The notes beneath the pieces are model-generated. The model did not search any database. It worked only from the letters and a program-made list of their open reading frames with translations, and had not been told where the DNA came from. A DNA stretch of 64,000 nucleotides from Takakia lepidozioides (Eukaryota; Plantae; Bryophyta), in assembly GCA_030704615.1 (NCBI GenBank), contig CM060734.1, positions 22,940,001 to 23,004,000 of the forward strand, read 5' to 3'. Both the position numbers and the translations under genes were made by a program. Position 1 is the stretch's first letter; every line of letters begins with the position of its first letter. Below, piece by piece: positions 62,613-64,000 of the stretch.

Positions 62613-64000
62613 TGTTAGAGGACTGTCTGGGACTTAGACACTTATACGGGATCTGTAGGGTACCCTTAATTTTTGCACAGACTGAGATCAACAGGAGCCT
62701 TAGGGGTGACAGCAGCGCACTGTAGAAGGGGGTTACACAGTCCATCACAGCCAACACAGCCCGTCACAGTCGTCACAACCGACACAGCCAACACAGCCCG
62801 TCACAGTCGTCACAGCCGACACAGCCATCACAGCCAACACAGCCAAACACAGTCGCACGGCCAGTCACAGCCCGTCACAGTTTCACACAGCCAGTCACAT
62901 CTTGACACAGCTGTCACGACCATAGGGAACGGAGAGCAGGACAGGGAACGACTGTGGGGAACAACACCTGCAAATGGAAAATGTTAGTTCACGGACGACG
63001 GTTAGTGAGGGAAACGGTTAGAGCCACGGGTAGGAAGATAAAGGGAGAAGCAAGGACTGAGAAGGGGATTATTATTCTTGGAAGCACGTCAGGGGGAGGA
63101 CTTCTTGGTCATGGATGAGAGGGGATCGGGCGGAGAGCAAGAATGGAAGCAAGCATGGAGAGCACGGTAAGGAGGAGAGATGATTAGTAGATGCTTGTTA
63201 TATACAAAGCTGTAGTGATATTGTAAAGCAGATTAGAGACACAATGGCTTCGGCCTGATACCTGATAAATCATAATCTGATACTTATACGATACAATCAC
63301 ACTGTGTAGAGAGATCTGAGTGAAGCTGTGGAATGAATGGATGAGTTGAAGGAATCCGATAGATTGATGAAGCAAACTGATACTTAATTATCAATGGTAA
63401 GGTAGCTAACATGAATGTGGAAAGGGAAACAAATAGGAAACACCCCCATGATACACTAGCTGTAGGTCATGACTGATTGTTCTGAGCGGGCTGAGTACTT
63501 AGAGATTTCCAACTCTTCTATCTTGGAGTTTCCGCCTCGGATAGCGAAGGGATGGGTGAGTAAAAGCCGCGCGACATTTGGCGACCATACTGGGGAACTG
63601 AGTCATGAACAACCAGATGTGACAGACATCTGGTGGGATCATGGTGGTTGGACCATTAAAGAATTTGAAGTGAATCAAATTCCCTGTGGAACGAAGGAAG
63701 AAAGATTGTCCAAACAATTCTTTCAAAGGTTCTTGGAATTGCCAGACGGTTGTAAAGAAAATATTCTTAAGCGAGTGCATGATGCTGATCCGGAATGGGG
63801 TCTGGAGAAAGGAGTGATAAAGATTTATCAGGTAGCCTGTAGAGGAAGAGCACGTTGGTTACCAACGTTGGTTTATGTGATAGCATTGCTATCCATTAAG
63901 CGAGTAGAGTTTGAAGGCTGGGAAGAAAGAAAAGTGAATGTTTATACTCATATGCATGAAGAGCTTGTACTGGTAAAGAATTGGATTCCAAAGGATATTT
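62613..64000 (+). mobile_element. 5' end of a third Athila/Tat-like copy (LTR, PBS, start of 5' ORF); runs off the window
   Basis: LTR 62613-63576 (TGTTAG...CGACA) is homologous to 47405-48415. PBS at 63579. Downstream sequence matches the reverse complement of 42410-42810. Confidence 0.92.

Overview
This is eukaryotic nuclear DNA, probably from a non-seed land plant such as a moss (inferred from intron style, the SEC14 gene and the TE families). It holds one intact host gene, a 3-exon SEC14/CRAL-TRIO lipid-transfer gene at 8107-9585, followed by a ~54-kb nest of mostly decayed transposons. Left arm: a 5'-truncated LINE and nested hAT/Mutator MITEs. At 11950-23183 lies an unusual Ty3/Gypsy element with four odd features. 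(1) Its pol carries a DNMT3-like C5-cytosine methyltransferase between protease and RT, split by a 2.6-kb internal inversion. (2) Its integrase ends in a PHD finger. (3) It has a self-complementary (Tf1-type) primer site instead of a tRNA PBS. (4) Its termini are permuted (A-internal-B-A-B) and broken at a GACA-GC-TGTC palindrome. It sits in a DNA-transposon-like region containing a SWIM/MULE-type N-terminal exon and a spliced ~1000-aa gene that fuses a ParB/Srx-like domain to a degenerate beta-class amino-methyltransferase. That gene's introns carry about 20 copies of a 24-bp palindrome, and the region ends at an orphan CACTA terminus. The right half holds three copies of an Athila/Tat-like Gypsy family with extra ORFs (one nested with a CTTAC TSD) and a head-to-tail cluster of three chromovirus copies. 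All domain calls come from reading motifs by eye; no database searches were run.
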